DNA of 64,000 bases. Origin: Octopus vulgaris. Taxonomy: Eukaryota. The position numbers were made by a program, and so were the translations under genes. Location: assembly GCA_951406725.2 (NCBI GenBank), contig OX597817.1, positions 7,378,001-7,442,000 on the forward strand, in the 5' to 3' direction. Position 1 is the first letter of the stretch; every line of letters starts with the position of its first letter. The notes below the pieces were generated by a model. It ran no database searches, was not told where the DNA came from, and saw only the letters and a list, made by a program, of their open reading frames with translations. Shown in pieces: positions 26,851 through 39,245 of the stretch.

Positions 26851-27310
26851 GTATCTAACATATGTTAGATACTGCGAGCGCTGCTTCTGATTGGTCAATC
26901 CATGGTGATGACCCGAGGTCACGCGTGACAGCGCTGCTTCTGATTGGTCAATCGATGGTGATGACCCGAGGTCACGCGTGACAGCGCTGCTTCTGATTGG
27001 TCAATCGATGGTGATGACCCGAGGTCACGCGTGACAGCGCTGCTTCTGATTGGTCAATCGATGGTGATGACCCGAAGTCACGGTGACGGCACTACTTTTG
27101 TCATTCATAAGTTACAACTAAACGTGAAGAATTTAGTTATTGGGTTAATAAAATATGGTCGTTTATTCGTGTGTAATAAAAAAAATACCAAACTCATTCC
27201 CTATGGATACCGTATTTATTATAACTCGTGGCTCGTAAACGTATACATGCCACTCGTGTTGTAATAAATACGGTATCCATAGGGAACTCGTTTGGTATTC
27301 TCTATATAGT
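26851..27310. mobile_element. Crypton-like non-autonomous DNA element (tentative)
   Basis: Left 22-bp palindrome then ttctgattgg motif; right subterminal hairpin 27184-27299; no TIR pair or obvious TSD. Confidence 0.5.
26878..27088. repeat. 53-bp tandem repeat, 4 copies
   Basis: Unit gcgctgcttctgattggtcaatcgatggtgatgacccgaggtcacgcgtgaca at 26878, 26931, 26984, 27037. Confidence 0.95.
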
Positions 27311-28472
27311 GTATCGACAAGAAATCAGATTCGCAGTGTTCACTTCCGTAAAAGTTATAGGCACAGTGAGTTTAGTTTAGGTATATCTCGTTTTTACAAG
27401 GTGGCATATAATACAAGATTCAGCAGAAAATCTGTTGACATTTCTTGTGATTATATTTTTACGTTCTTCATTCAGTTTCCTGCGCACTCAGAGCACATTT
27501 GTTGTCGTCGTTGTTGTTGTTGTTGTTCATGATCGAAAAGAACAAGGTGTACCAGCCGTGCCTATATCTATGTTTTTTGTTTTTCTTTGTTTTTTTATTT
27601 ATCTGTTTTTATTATTGTTTTTTTTTTGTTTTTTTCTTTGTTTTATACTTTCTTTTTCTTTCGTTTGTTTGTTCGTTTTTTTGTTATTTTTGTTTTGATT
27701 TTTTGCTTTGTTGTATTTTTCTAAACACTAAATATCTATATTTAGACCAACTGTAAATAAATCTATTTGTTTATCAAACCCCTATTCAACTTTCTGAAAG
27801 ACAATACATAAATACAGTATACAGGATTCGACAGATGATAGCGTTACATATAGAAAATTTTAATGGGCCCCAGTAAAAAAGTAAGATCTGAGGTGTAGTT
27901 GAGTTCAGACTCAGTGCTGTGGTTCGCCCTATCCCAATAACATCTAAAGGTTTAACTGTTAAGTTCCAATCAATATTATTACTTTATCACTAAATCATTT
28001 AACTCTCGATATATTCCACATTCAAATGGACAGTTGTATATAACCTCTTCCTGTGCCAAATCTGCTACACGATTTCTAATGCAAATTAAATCCATTTAAA
28101 TTCAGAACAACTGCAACAAAGAGATGATCTGGTAGAAATCTTAAAGCACTGGATTAAATGTATTCGAGCATTTTAGCTTTCCTCCCTTCATGTCCTCATT
28201 TTAATTTATGTTTGAAACACATTAATGTTTCATCCTGCCTTGAAAATGTTTGATCTCTAAGGCTAAGAAAAATCACGATAAACTTGTTCACCTTAACCAT
28301 CGGGAAATTAGCAAAGGACACCATCTGAATGAGACAAAATAGTTAAGTTCATGTAAATAAATATAGCTCGTGAAATGAACAAAAATATTAATTTAATTAA
28401 GTTTAACACAGAAGAGAAAACAAGTGTACACGAAACAACTAACGACAAAGACAAATGATAATAAATCCGAAA

Positions 28473-28552
28473 AACGGGCATATGGCGTAGTGGTTAAGAG
28501 CGCTGGTGACTAACCCCAAGATTCCGGGTTCGATCCAAGCAGTGACCTGAAC

Positions 28553-28596
<44 letters not shown>

Positions 28597-28788
28597 TAAT
28601 AACATCGAAATATACCTTAGGAATGAGAACCCAGGTGCGAAATTTCCCCAAGATACCTGAAGAAGGCTGGAGGGTATAACAGCCGAAACGTTGTGTTAAC
28701 AACAAACAAGATGAGGACAAATGTCCGTCGAATATAAATAATGTAAATAAAGTACATAATTCCTCATCTCTTAAATATAGAACTGAAC
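28473..28788 (+). mobile_element. tRNA-headed SINE carrying a hammerhead ribozyme motif, flanked by a 10-bp TSD
   Basis: A box tggcgtagtgg (28483), B box ggttcgatcc (28527), (AAT)n, HHR; aaatccgaaa at 28463-28472 and 28789-28798. Confidence 0.8.
28653..28696 (+). ncRNA. Minimal type-I hammerhead ribozyme motif, canonical core
   Basis: AUAC-CUGAAGA-A-GGCUG gaggguauaa CAGCC-GAAA-CG-UU-GUGU. Confidence 0.8.
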
Positions 28789-29523
28789 AAATCCGAAATT
28801 TTAATTAATTTGAATTAGATTTAAAACCAAATGAAGAAACAAAATCATTAGCTTGATGATTAATATTATTTAATCTGATTTTTTTTTCTTTTGGCGAAGA
28901 TGTTAGCACCATCAAGACCTGAAGGTCAAGTGGTTGGAAATCAGTATGGTGATGTGCAAGAAATATACATGATTTAGTGTGAATGTAACCTAGTTAGAAA
29001 TTCATTTCTTCATCTGAGTTGGAGTTAAATCAATTGCTTCTCTTGTCTGAGAAAAAAGTTCCTAACCACACTGTTCGGGCTGTTTTGCTTTACCACCGGT
29101 TTTTCGCCCATTTTTTTATTGTTTTCTAATGCTTAATAAGTCCTCACCGGTAAACTTCTTTTCCAAAGCAATAAACTGGGCCAGATTTTTTATACGACCA
29201 TCCGATACTAGAGCATAAAACCTGAACCATTCAAGTCACTAATGTTTTTTTTTTTCAAAGGAAAGTCAAAATCGATAAATCTTAATATCCATATCGTTGT
29301 AGGCATCGGAGCCAAACTGCAAATTATCTTCGCTACTCTAAATTTATGTATTGAACCTGAACTGGTGAAAGACAAGCACAGGTTTACTAGGCTGCGTTTT
29401 AAATCAGAAGTCACTGAGCTGGTACAAATACCGCAAGGCACTCTATCAGATGCCAAAACGAATCTGACAGCTCGCTACCTATTTCAACTATGTTTACTAC
29501 TACTATCACTACAACTGATAATA

Positions 29524-29728
29524 ATCCTTTCTACTATAGGCACAAGGCCTGAATTTTGGTAGGAGGGATCTAGTCCATTACATCGACCCCAGTGTTTCAT
29601 TGGCACTTAATCTATGTATCCCGAAGGGATGTAAGCAAAAGACGATCTCGGCGGAATTTGAACTCAGAAGGTAGTGGCAGACGAAATACCGCTAAGCATT
29701 TAACCCGGCGTGCTAAAAATTCTGCCAG
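29524..29728 (-). mobile_element. tRNA-derived SINE family B
   Basis: Reverse complement of ctggcagaa…ttagcacgccggg…ttctgagttcaaattccgccgag…cactggggtcgatgtaa. Confidence 0.85.
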
Positions 29729-29756
29729 ATCACACCTTACAGCAACTGATAACGTT

Positions 29757-29764
29757 GATTATTA

Positions 29765-29831
<67 letters not shown>

Positions 29832-29845
29832 CATCATTATTATTA

Positions 29846-29905
<60 letters not shown>

Positions 29906-29929
29906 CTGTTGTTGTTGTTGTTGTTGCTG
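29757..29929. repeat. (ATT)n(GTT)n microsatellite
   Basis: Directly visible. Confidence 0.95.
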
Positions 29930-30334
29930 TCTACTTGCTGCCATTTCATATTCTATTTATCACAAATGAAACAGACTGGTGATACGGATATTCAGGTGGA
30001 TAAGCTAGCAGTTACTACATCAAGTTGTCAGATCCCTGAAGCCAACGGTGCCTTTCATCCTTTCGAATTTGTAACATTTTGGGAGTAAGAATCAGTTGAT
30101 TTGACTTCCCACCCCTCCTCAATATTTGAATTTTAGAGTTTTGAGGTGAAGTCAGTAGTTTATAATTACTTCTGATGTAATCATATTACCACAAATATTT
30201 TGGGGCTCTGTGTAAAAAGAAAGTCTTTCCTCACTAGTTAAGATAATTTCATTATTTCTCTGCAACATATACTATTTACGGTAATGTACTTACATAGCAA
30301 GTGTTTGGATCTGAGATCGTATGCTGTATGAAGA

Positions 30335-30560
30335 CATAAGTCATTCAGAAACACAATAAGACAGTCAGTTTGACTTAAACATTTATTTGTAACATTTTTC
30401 ATCGCTTGAAACTGCAACCTGTTAGCTAAGAAAAAGATGTGCAGCTACATATTAGTGAACAGGTCGCAGTTTCGAGCGACGACAATTTTGACACAATATC
30501 ACAAATAAATGTTTCAGTGACGTTGACGGTCTTTATATGTTTCAAAATGGCTAAGTTATG
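30335..30560. mobile_element. Degenerate fold-back element
   Basis: aaacatttatttgt…tcgcttgaaactgcaacctgtt is inverted as aacaggtcgcagtttcgagcga…acaaataaatgttt. Confidence 0.6.
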
Positions 30561-30745
30561 TTTTCCATGTTGCAATCGCTAATAGTAGTTTCTATGACGA
30601 ATAATACTATCATTTCCAATATCGATATTGCGTCTAGTACTAGCTTCAAATACAAACCACAAACACAACTATTCTCCTTTACTTATTTCCCACCGTACTC
30701 CCACTGGAGATAGTAATACGTCTTCTTACTACTACTATTATTACA

Positions 30746-31161
30746 TATTTCTTTATGGCCCACAAGGGGCTAAACATAGAGGGGACAAACAAGGACAGAC
30801 AAAGGGATTAAGTCGATTGCATCGACCCCAGTGCGTAACTGGTACTTAATTTATCGACCCCGAAAGGATGAAAGGCAAAGTCGACTTCGGCGGAATTTGA
30901 ACTCAGAACGGCAGACGAAATACCTATTTCTGTCTCTTTACTACCCACAAGGGGCTGCACACAGAGGGGACAAACAGGGACAGACAAACGAATTAAGTCA
31001 ATTACATCGACCCCAGTGCGTAACTGGTACTTAATTTATCGACCCCGAAATGATGAAAGGCAAAGTCGACCTCGGCGGAATTTGAACTCAGAACGTAGCG
31101 GCAGACGAAATACGGCTACGCATTTCGCCCGGCGTGCTAACGTTTCTGCCAGCTCGCTGCC
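30746..31161 (-). mobile_element. SINE family B, dimeric copy
   Basis: Full head at 31161; body and tail occur twice (30746-30925 and 30925-31110). Confidence 0.9.
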
Positions 31162-32671
31162 TACTACTATTATTACTACTAGTAGCACCACCATCACTAG
31201 CATTACTACTCCTGATACTAACATTAGCAGCAGCAGCAGCACGCTCTCCACTCGCACAACCAATAATGTTAAAACTACTACAAACATTAACACCTAAGCT
31301 ACCATCAACACAACAACTAAAACAAATGCAACTATTTACACTATCAATGCTACAACGGCCACTACTACCAATAAATACCGTCACAACATATTTTGTCCTC
31401 CATTATCACTTCAAACCTCCGGTGCAACACATTATCACCTCAAACCACCACTGTTGCACAACTAACTATTATTTCTGCTGAATTATCAGGAAGAAGGGAA
31501 AAAAAGCCCTTTCATCTTACATTTTGTTTGGTTGCATTTTAAAGCCATTATATTTTATTTTACGGTATTTTATTGTACTGTATTGTATTATATCAATTGT
31601 ATTTGTATTTTTTTTTTCATTTTGTATGTGTGTGCTGGAATACAGAGGGGGGGGTGTTTTCTATCATTTCACATGCATACATATGGACAAAACCCCACAC
31701 GCACATACAAAGTCATACAAGAACAAACACAATCATCCCCAAACACATAATGTCAGATACACAACTGCATTATCGCACACTGTCATACATGATCAGAAAA
31801 ATACAGACACACAATTACTGGTACACAGTCTTATTCACATACAAATAAATGCACGTACAAATATTGTTTTACCCACACACGCTAACACGCAATACACGCG
31901 CACACACAATTACGCTCTCTCATGCACATGCACACATATACATATTTTAATTAGTTTTATATATTTTTAAAGTTATTTCTTCCCTATCACTGTTTTTTAT
32001 GTTTCATTAATCGTGGGAAAGAGACCTTTTTAAAAATTCCAGCTACCAGAATTGACGCCATCACCAACCCTAGTACCATGAAAAACAACAAAACAATATA
32101 AAAACAACAACAATAACAGCAGCATTATACTAATATTTTATCATATTCTTTGTCGTCATCCTCATCTTCGTCATCAGCATCATCACCCCCACCACCACAA
32201 CTACAAATAATACTAACCAAATAACATAATACAACACATCCAAAATTTGAGTTCCACCTCCAAACTGCTACCATTTCATATTCTGTTTATCACAAATGAA
32301 ACAGACTGGTGATACGGATATCCGGGTGGATAAGGTAGCGGTTATTATATCAAGTAGTCAACTCCTCGTAATGATTTGCAACCAACAAAATTTCTGTCGA
32401 ATTCTAAATCCATTTTCATCTGGTTAAATTCATCAAGGCAAGTAGTGTCAGTGTCGAGCAAATGATGAGTAATGTATGATTAATTCAATATCTAATGTTT
32501 TAATTTTCCTTCAATAGACTAGCGGCCTTGCAAGAGGAAGATAGTTTCTTCTAAATTCACTCATCCATCTAAAGTTTTGCATAAAAGAAATAAGAACTAA
32601 CTCTATAGACCCTTGTGTTTAATAATAGCGAAGTATGAGCTAATATTACTCAGATAGCAGCACCGTTACCA

Positions 32672-32826
32672 TGCCAGGCGAAATGCTTAGCAGCATTTCA
32701 TCCGTCTTTATGTTCTGCGTTCAAATCCCGCCGGGGTTGACTTTTATTTTCATTCTTTGGGGGGTTGATTTAATCAACTTAGCTTTTCCCCAGTAATTAA
32801 TGGCCTTGAGTCAAAATTTGAAAACG
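32672..32826 (+). mobile_element. Degenerate SINE family B
   Basis: gccaggcgaaatgcttagc…gttcaaatcccgccggggttgactt…caaaatttgaaa. Confidence 0.7.
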
Positions 32827-34759
32827 GTTTTAGCGAAAAGCATTGGCATAACAGTAACACTATTCGTAGAGGCATAAACTTCACAATATATCGTTTCTCC
32901 TCCTCTAAATAGTTATTTTCCATATTAGCATTGGGCTATAGGTTTTTGCGTCACATTATATCTCAGTGAAAACACTTGAGATATTTTCAAATATCATGGA
33001 TGCGGGAACTCAACCTTTAAATAGTCCTAACTATACGATACTACACGTTCACAATCCGACAGTCGACCATTCTTGCTGTTCTACTGCTTTTCCCTTCTTC
33101 GTTCACTCCTGCCTCATATTTCTAATACATTAATAACTATTTTGATCACAAACTTACGTATTTGTGGAGGGGAAAACAGTTGATTATACCTTTTTCAGAA
33201 ATTAAGTAGCGCTTATTTCTTTTTACCAATTCTGGTATTCTAACTCACATTGCAAAGGAAGGTAATTTAGATGGTAAATTTGCTCGAAGCTTAACTATAT
33301 CGTCTCTTAAAATATCGTATATTTATTGTGATTAATTCGGTTGAAGAAATACGTCGTATGAAAATCGAGATTACGATACATTTCCGATGTCATTTTGAAG
33401 CCTTATATATATTACGTACTCGATCGGTTAATGCTTTCATTAAAGACATAACCATCAAGCATTTCATTTCCTCTTAGCTATAAACTTTGTGCGTTGCCAA
33501 ATTGAAACGAATTTCAAAGACAAATTTCTGGAGAATACCTTACAGCAAAATGCAAAGTTCAAGGAGTTGAAAATTCTATTAGAATTAAAGTCAGGTTATA
33601 CTATCGAAACGTCAGCTTTTTTTAGCTCATTATGTTAACTGATTTGATGCAAAAACTCTCCTTTAACTATTAATATCATTCTTGTCAAAGATGTCTCACA
33701 TCAGTGTTCTGTGATTCCGAATTTTGCTCTCATTTTAAGCTTGCATTGTCTTCAGGAGAAGGATGAATATAATTACACTCCATTTTTATTTCATTTCTTC
33801 TAAAATATAAGAGAGAGATTTGGGATTACTTATTAATATAAATGAAGCTAAAGGTTCCAATTTGAAATCCTTTTATTTCATATCTATGTTTAATAATCTT
33901 CGGAAAGCATAAACGTCACAACATATTAATGTGAGTTCTTGTACCTATACAAAACATATTGCTATGCAGCCGATGGCTGAATCAATAGATTGAGGGATAA
34001 AATAATGTATAACGTGCTATTTGCTTGCATCATTTTACGCTCAAATTATTTGTTAATCCAACCGAAGCTAACTTTGTTATTAATAAAGCAGAGATAAACA
34101 AAATGTACTGGTAATTAGTGAATAGACAAAACTGATTATACTTGAACCCTTGAAAAAATCAACTTTCTCATCTGTCGAAAGAAATAAGCTGCTCAGTATA
34201 CAATAGCGAACTTCATACTTTTCAATATTTTGCTCAATATTCTGCAGGTGTAGACTGCTGCATTCTAGTCTTCAGGAAGCAAGTGGCTGTAATATAACAC
34301 TGTTTGTTAAATCGACTTTACCATTACCAAATAGATAAGTTTATAAACAGTAGAGTCTCACAGGTACATTGAGTTGAAAAAAGTTTCCATAAACTGCTAA
34401 TGAACATGCGATTTGTAGACAAAAATCTCACTCCAGGTTATTTAAAAATCTAAAATCAACAGACAAGAATGACAGTTCCTATAATATCAGTTAGAGGATA
34501 TTTTTGGAAAATAAAGTCAATGCACACTGGAATGGCTCTTGTTTTTTTAACTTTTATATGTTTGTACTGCAGTTAGACATTCTAATATAAGGCATGATTT
34601 CACCAACAGCAAATATTAAGCTCAGAGCAAGTAAAAGATACCTTAAAGCCATTTATTTTTCATCATATAACTAATATATTAATATTATAATTTTGCGTTA
34701 CTTGCGTCCTACCAAAATAAACTACTAATATGATATCTTACAAATATATTTTGAAAGAT

Positions 34760-34925
34760 TTGGTCAATCGAACTTGATTCCAATACTTGACAACCGTTAC
34801 ATTTATCGAACCCAGAATGGCGAAAGTTTAAACTGAAATCGCCCAGAATCGAAACCTGGAGTTAAATAGAACATAATGAAAATGAATGCGACAGAGAATT
34901 TCGTCCGTTACTCAACCTATTCTAC
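34760..34925 (-). mobile_element. Highly degenerate SINE family B
   Basis: Weak similarity (atttatcgaacccagaatggcgaaag…atttcgtccg…attctac). Confidence 0.35.
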
Positions 34926-35890
34926 GGTGACGAACACGTTCCGTACAGCAAGTAGTTAGAATCACAAGCCGAGAATGCAATTTTGATTTCTGATTGTATT
35001 TTGAATTTGCTCAAAATATAGGCTCCATGTGCCAACATTAAATGATTATTAGGCATTATTAGCGAGAGAAAATGTCACGTTAAATAGGCAATTTTCATCT
35101 TGAGCAAAGATTTGATCACTCTAATTTCACTTATTATCTATCTCTCTATCTTGAAGAAAAATATTTTTTAAAACCCTTTCTCTTTATTTTTTATATAATT
35201 ATCTACATGATTTGAAAATTTAATATCTGTCCCATTATATATTATATATTGCTTTTGGAGGCATTTTGTCTGTGTTTTCCGTAGTTTTTTTTTCTTTGCG
35301 GTTTTTGTGGTATATTTGCAATTAATGCATTTTTGTTTTTATATGTGCTGTAGTGTTGGCGTTGATCGATAGGTGTGTATGGGTTGGTGAGGAGTTCTCC
35401 TTATAAATTAGGGATGTGGATGATGTTAGATATCATGGTGACAGCTTATTAATTTATGATGTCCAAATCAATTTCAAAAAACATGAATTTAACGAACTGA
35501 CAAACTCCTTAGAAGAAAGTTGATTATTAACTTTAGGAAATTGGATGGGAATGATGATGATGATGATGATGACGAGGACGATGATAATGATGATTATGAT
35601 GGTAGTGGTGGTGATGGTGGTGCTGGTGATGGTGGCTGTGATAGCAATGTAAAAGAATGGTGATGAGAATGATGATGCTGCTGTTAATACCGGTGCTATC
35701 AGGATGGCTGTGATAGTGAAGCGTTGAAAATAACGATAGAGATATGATACGGTTGTTTAATAGTAAAAGTAGTAGTAGCAATTGCGTCAGCGAGGGTGAT
35801 TGTAGTTCTATTTTATAAAGATTATTCAATGTGTTATGCCATCGTGTGTGATATTATGATTAAAAAGTTTGTTAATACCGAATATACATA

Positions 35891-36103
35891 GTCGCACGCA
35901 TGGCTACGTGGCTGAGAGGCTCGCTTTCGAACCTCGTTGTTTCGTGTTCTCTCCCATCACGCGACACCTTGGGTGAATGTCTTCTACTTCAACTCTGGAT
36001 CGACCAAAACCTTTTGAGAGGAGTTAGTAGATGGGAACTGTGTGGAAGCCCAAATCTTTAAGGTGGTGCCCCAGCATGACCGTAGTCTAACGGAATAATA
36101 AAA
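35891..36103 (+). mobile_element. Degenerate, internally deleted SINE family A
   Basis: Head-like catggctacgtggctgagag…caccttggg…gtcttctac joined to tail aaggtggtgccccagcatgaccgtagtc. Confidence 0.65.
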
Positions 36104-36425
36104 ATGGGATATAAGAGATAATATGTAGACTATATTTTGCCAGAAATTTGGTTGTTTTTTTTTTAGCATATCGAGCAATGGTGAGAGAAAACCAGAGATT
36201 TTAGGACTAAATACCTACCAATATTCAATTTAATTATTAGTTCTACGTTCCGGATCAAATCGTACTACAAGTCTATTTGAATTTCATTACACTGTTTCCG
36301 GTAAACAAAACACTGAGCCTAGAATGGAGACAATTCAACATTCTAGACATGGCCGTACAAATTGTTGGCCTCGAGTCAATGTTTAAAGCAGCTGTTAACG
36401 CTAGCATATGGTGCTAATGGGACAG

Positions 36426-36490
<65 letters not shown>

Positions 36491-37183
36491 TTATGGTGTG
36501 CTGTGGGTTTCATGGTATGGGTGCTTCAACATTGCAGGCGTTTGTGTTTCTACATATACGTGTGCCCGTGAACGCATGCGAGTGTGTGTGTGTGTACGAG
36601 TGCTCTCGTGTATACGATCTATTGCGATGGCAGGAAGCTGGTCGGGTAACTGTACAGCAGCTCTCTTCGCTAGTTTGCCCCTTTGTGCCGGTATCAGAGG
36701 CTGGTTCACGTTGTTCAATAAGTGCCTGGGAATGAATGAAATCGATTCAGAAGACGATATTGTTCCTATGGATAAATTAGTTAATTTTTGCTAATCTAAC
36801 ACATCAGCATTAATTCAATTTCTTTTTATATAGATTAAAATCTGAAAGATCTCTAAAAAACAATTTATTTTATCACACTCACACATGCAATTACATACAT
36901 ATAATTACATACAAAAACACATATATATATAGTTAGGTATGTATGTGTATGTGTTCATTATATATGTATTATAGATATGTATTTTATATGTATGTATATA
37001 TATATATATTTACAGTGAGAGAGAGAGAGAGAGAGAGAGATACATACATATATCTCTATATGTAGTTAGGTGTATATGTGTACATGTGTATGTATGTATT
37101 ATATATGTATTATGCATGTATTATATATGTATTTATACATATATATACGTATATGTGTGTTTAGGTGTGTGTGTATGTGTGGC

Positions 37184-37228
<45 letters not shown>

Positions 37229-37282
37229 TCATGTATGTGTGTATATATGTACTACTCATGCATGTGCGTTTGTATTATATGC

Positions 37283-37320
<38 letters not shown>

Positions 37321-37845
37321 GCGTGTGTGTGTATGTGTCTGAGTGTGTGTATATGCGTGTGTATGTGCGTCTGCCTGTACGTATGTATATTCTTACATCA
37401 AAAGAACCCTTGAGACCTCACGTGTGTTTCTATGGGTACTAATAAACGCATTCATTGTACTCTGTAGGAATACTGAGAACTACTTTGAAATATGGTCCTC
37501 TCAGTTAAATAGAGTTTATACTTTCTCTTTCTCTCTCTCTTTCTCTCTCTCTCTTTCTCTCTCTCTCTTTCTATCTCTCTCCCTTTCTCTCTCTCTGTCT
37601 CTGTCTCTACACACACACACATATATATATGCGTCCGTGAGTTTTTGTGTATTTATTTGTGTGAGTGTGTATCTGTGTGTGTGTGTGCATATACATATAT
37701 ACATACATAAGCATATATATGCACATAGATAGATAGATAGATTATATGTGAATAAAAATTTCACTCCATAGGTAGTTGCAAGTTTGCAAGTTCAATTCAG
37801 TTGTATATTTCTTATTTTTAATATTTTAATAGCCTAGAAAATATA

Positions 37846-38015
37846 GGCTTAGCGGCGTTTCGTCCGTCTTTAGGTTTTGACTTCCAATTCTGCGAAGGTC
37901 GACTTTGCTTTTTTATTCTTCCTGGGTCGATAAAATAAGTGCCAGTTGAATACTGGTGTTGATGTAATAGACTTACCCGCTCCCCAAACATTCCTGACAT
38001 TTTGCCAAAATTTGA
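37846..38015 (+). mobile_element. Degenerate SINE family B
   Basis: aggtcgactttgc…gggtcgataaaataagtgccagttg…ccaaaatttgaaa. Confidence 0.7.
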
Positions 38016-38440
38016 AATTTATATTCTAATAGCCTATGACAGTAATTTTAGTTGAGATTAATGCTCGTACATTCGGAACTCTACTGGTGTTCCACAAACA
38101 TCTTGGGCGATAACACAAGAAACGATTTCATTGATTGGTATGAATTTGCTTACAAACACACATCTACATTTGTCACGCAGGCGCGTTGCTGTCTCTCTTC
38201 CCCTCTCTTACATCTACTTTTGCACTTAACACTTCTGCCCCACTCAAAAATGAATCATCCGATGTTATCACCAATCACTCACTCTATTTCTTCTTGGCAG
38301 CCATATTTTATATTCCACCAGGGCATATACTAAATTTTAAGCCTGGATATCCTTCCCCCGCCAGAACATTGGATCTCTGGAATACCTTCTAATAACCTAT
38401 CTATCAATCCATTTATCTATTTAACTGTGCGTGCTTGTAC

Positions 38441-38453
<13 letters not shown>

Positions 38454-38534
<81 letters not shown>

Positions 38535-38542
38535 GTGTGTGC

Positions 38543-38603
<61 letters not shown>
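38454..38603. repeat. (TG)n microsatellite
   Basis: Directly visible. Confidence 0.95.
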
Positions 38604-38604
<1 letters not shown>

Positions 38605-38913
38605 AATTTCAAGAGCAACATTAATTACGTTAATTTCACTAATTTTGACGGCCTTCAGTCTCTTCCATACAATCCAACAAAGGAAAGTAATATCATCATA
38701 TGCCAGCTACTTCCAACTGCATGTTTTCGAACACTACAGCGCACACACACACAAATACACGCGCGCGCACATATGAAGAGTTTTCCGTTACAGAAAGAAG
38801 TTCCCAAATTTTTTTAGAGTAAATTATACACTGACGCTTTTAAAATGGAAACCTGAATATTTTGATATTTTATAAAAAGAATTTCCTCTATACGTGCATG
38901 TAGTTGCTATTGT

Positions 38914-38996
<83 letters not shown>

Positions 38997-39005
38997 TGAT
39001 TGATT

Positions 39006-39092
<87 letters not shown>

Positions 39093-39101
39093 TGATTGAT
39101 T

Positions 39102-39176
<75 letters not shown>

Positions 39177-39181
39177 TGATT

Positions 39182-39244
<63 letters not shown>
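38914..39244. repeat. (GATA)n/(GACA)n/(GATT)n compound microsatellite
   Basis: Directly visible. Confidence 0.95.

Positions 39245-39245
<1 letters not shown>

Noticed and set aside
26878-27088. CRISPR-like array
   Set aside because: Contiguous near-identical 53-bp units with no unique spacers, no cas genes, eukaryotic context
28476-28548. Functional tRNA gene
   Set aside because: Acceptor, anticodon and T stems pair poorly; it is a SINE head (same for 10170-10243 and 50715-50788)
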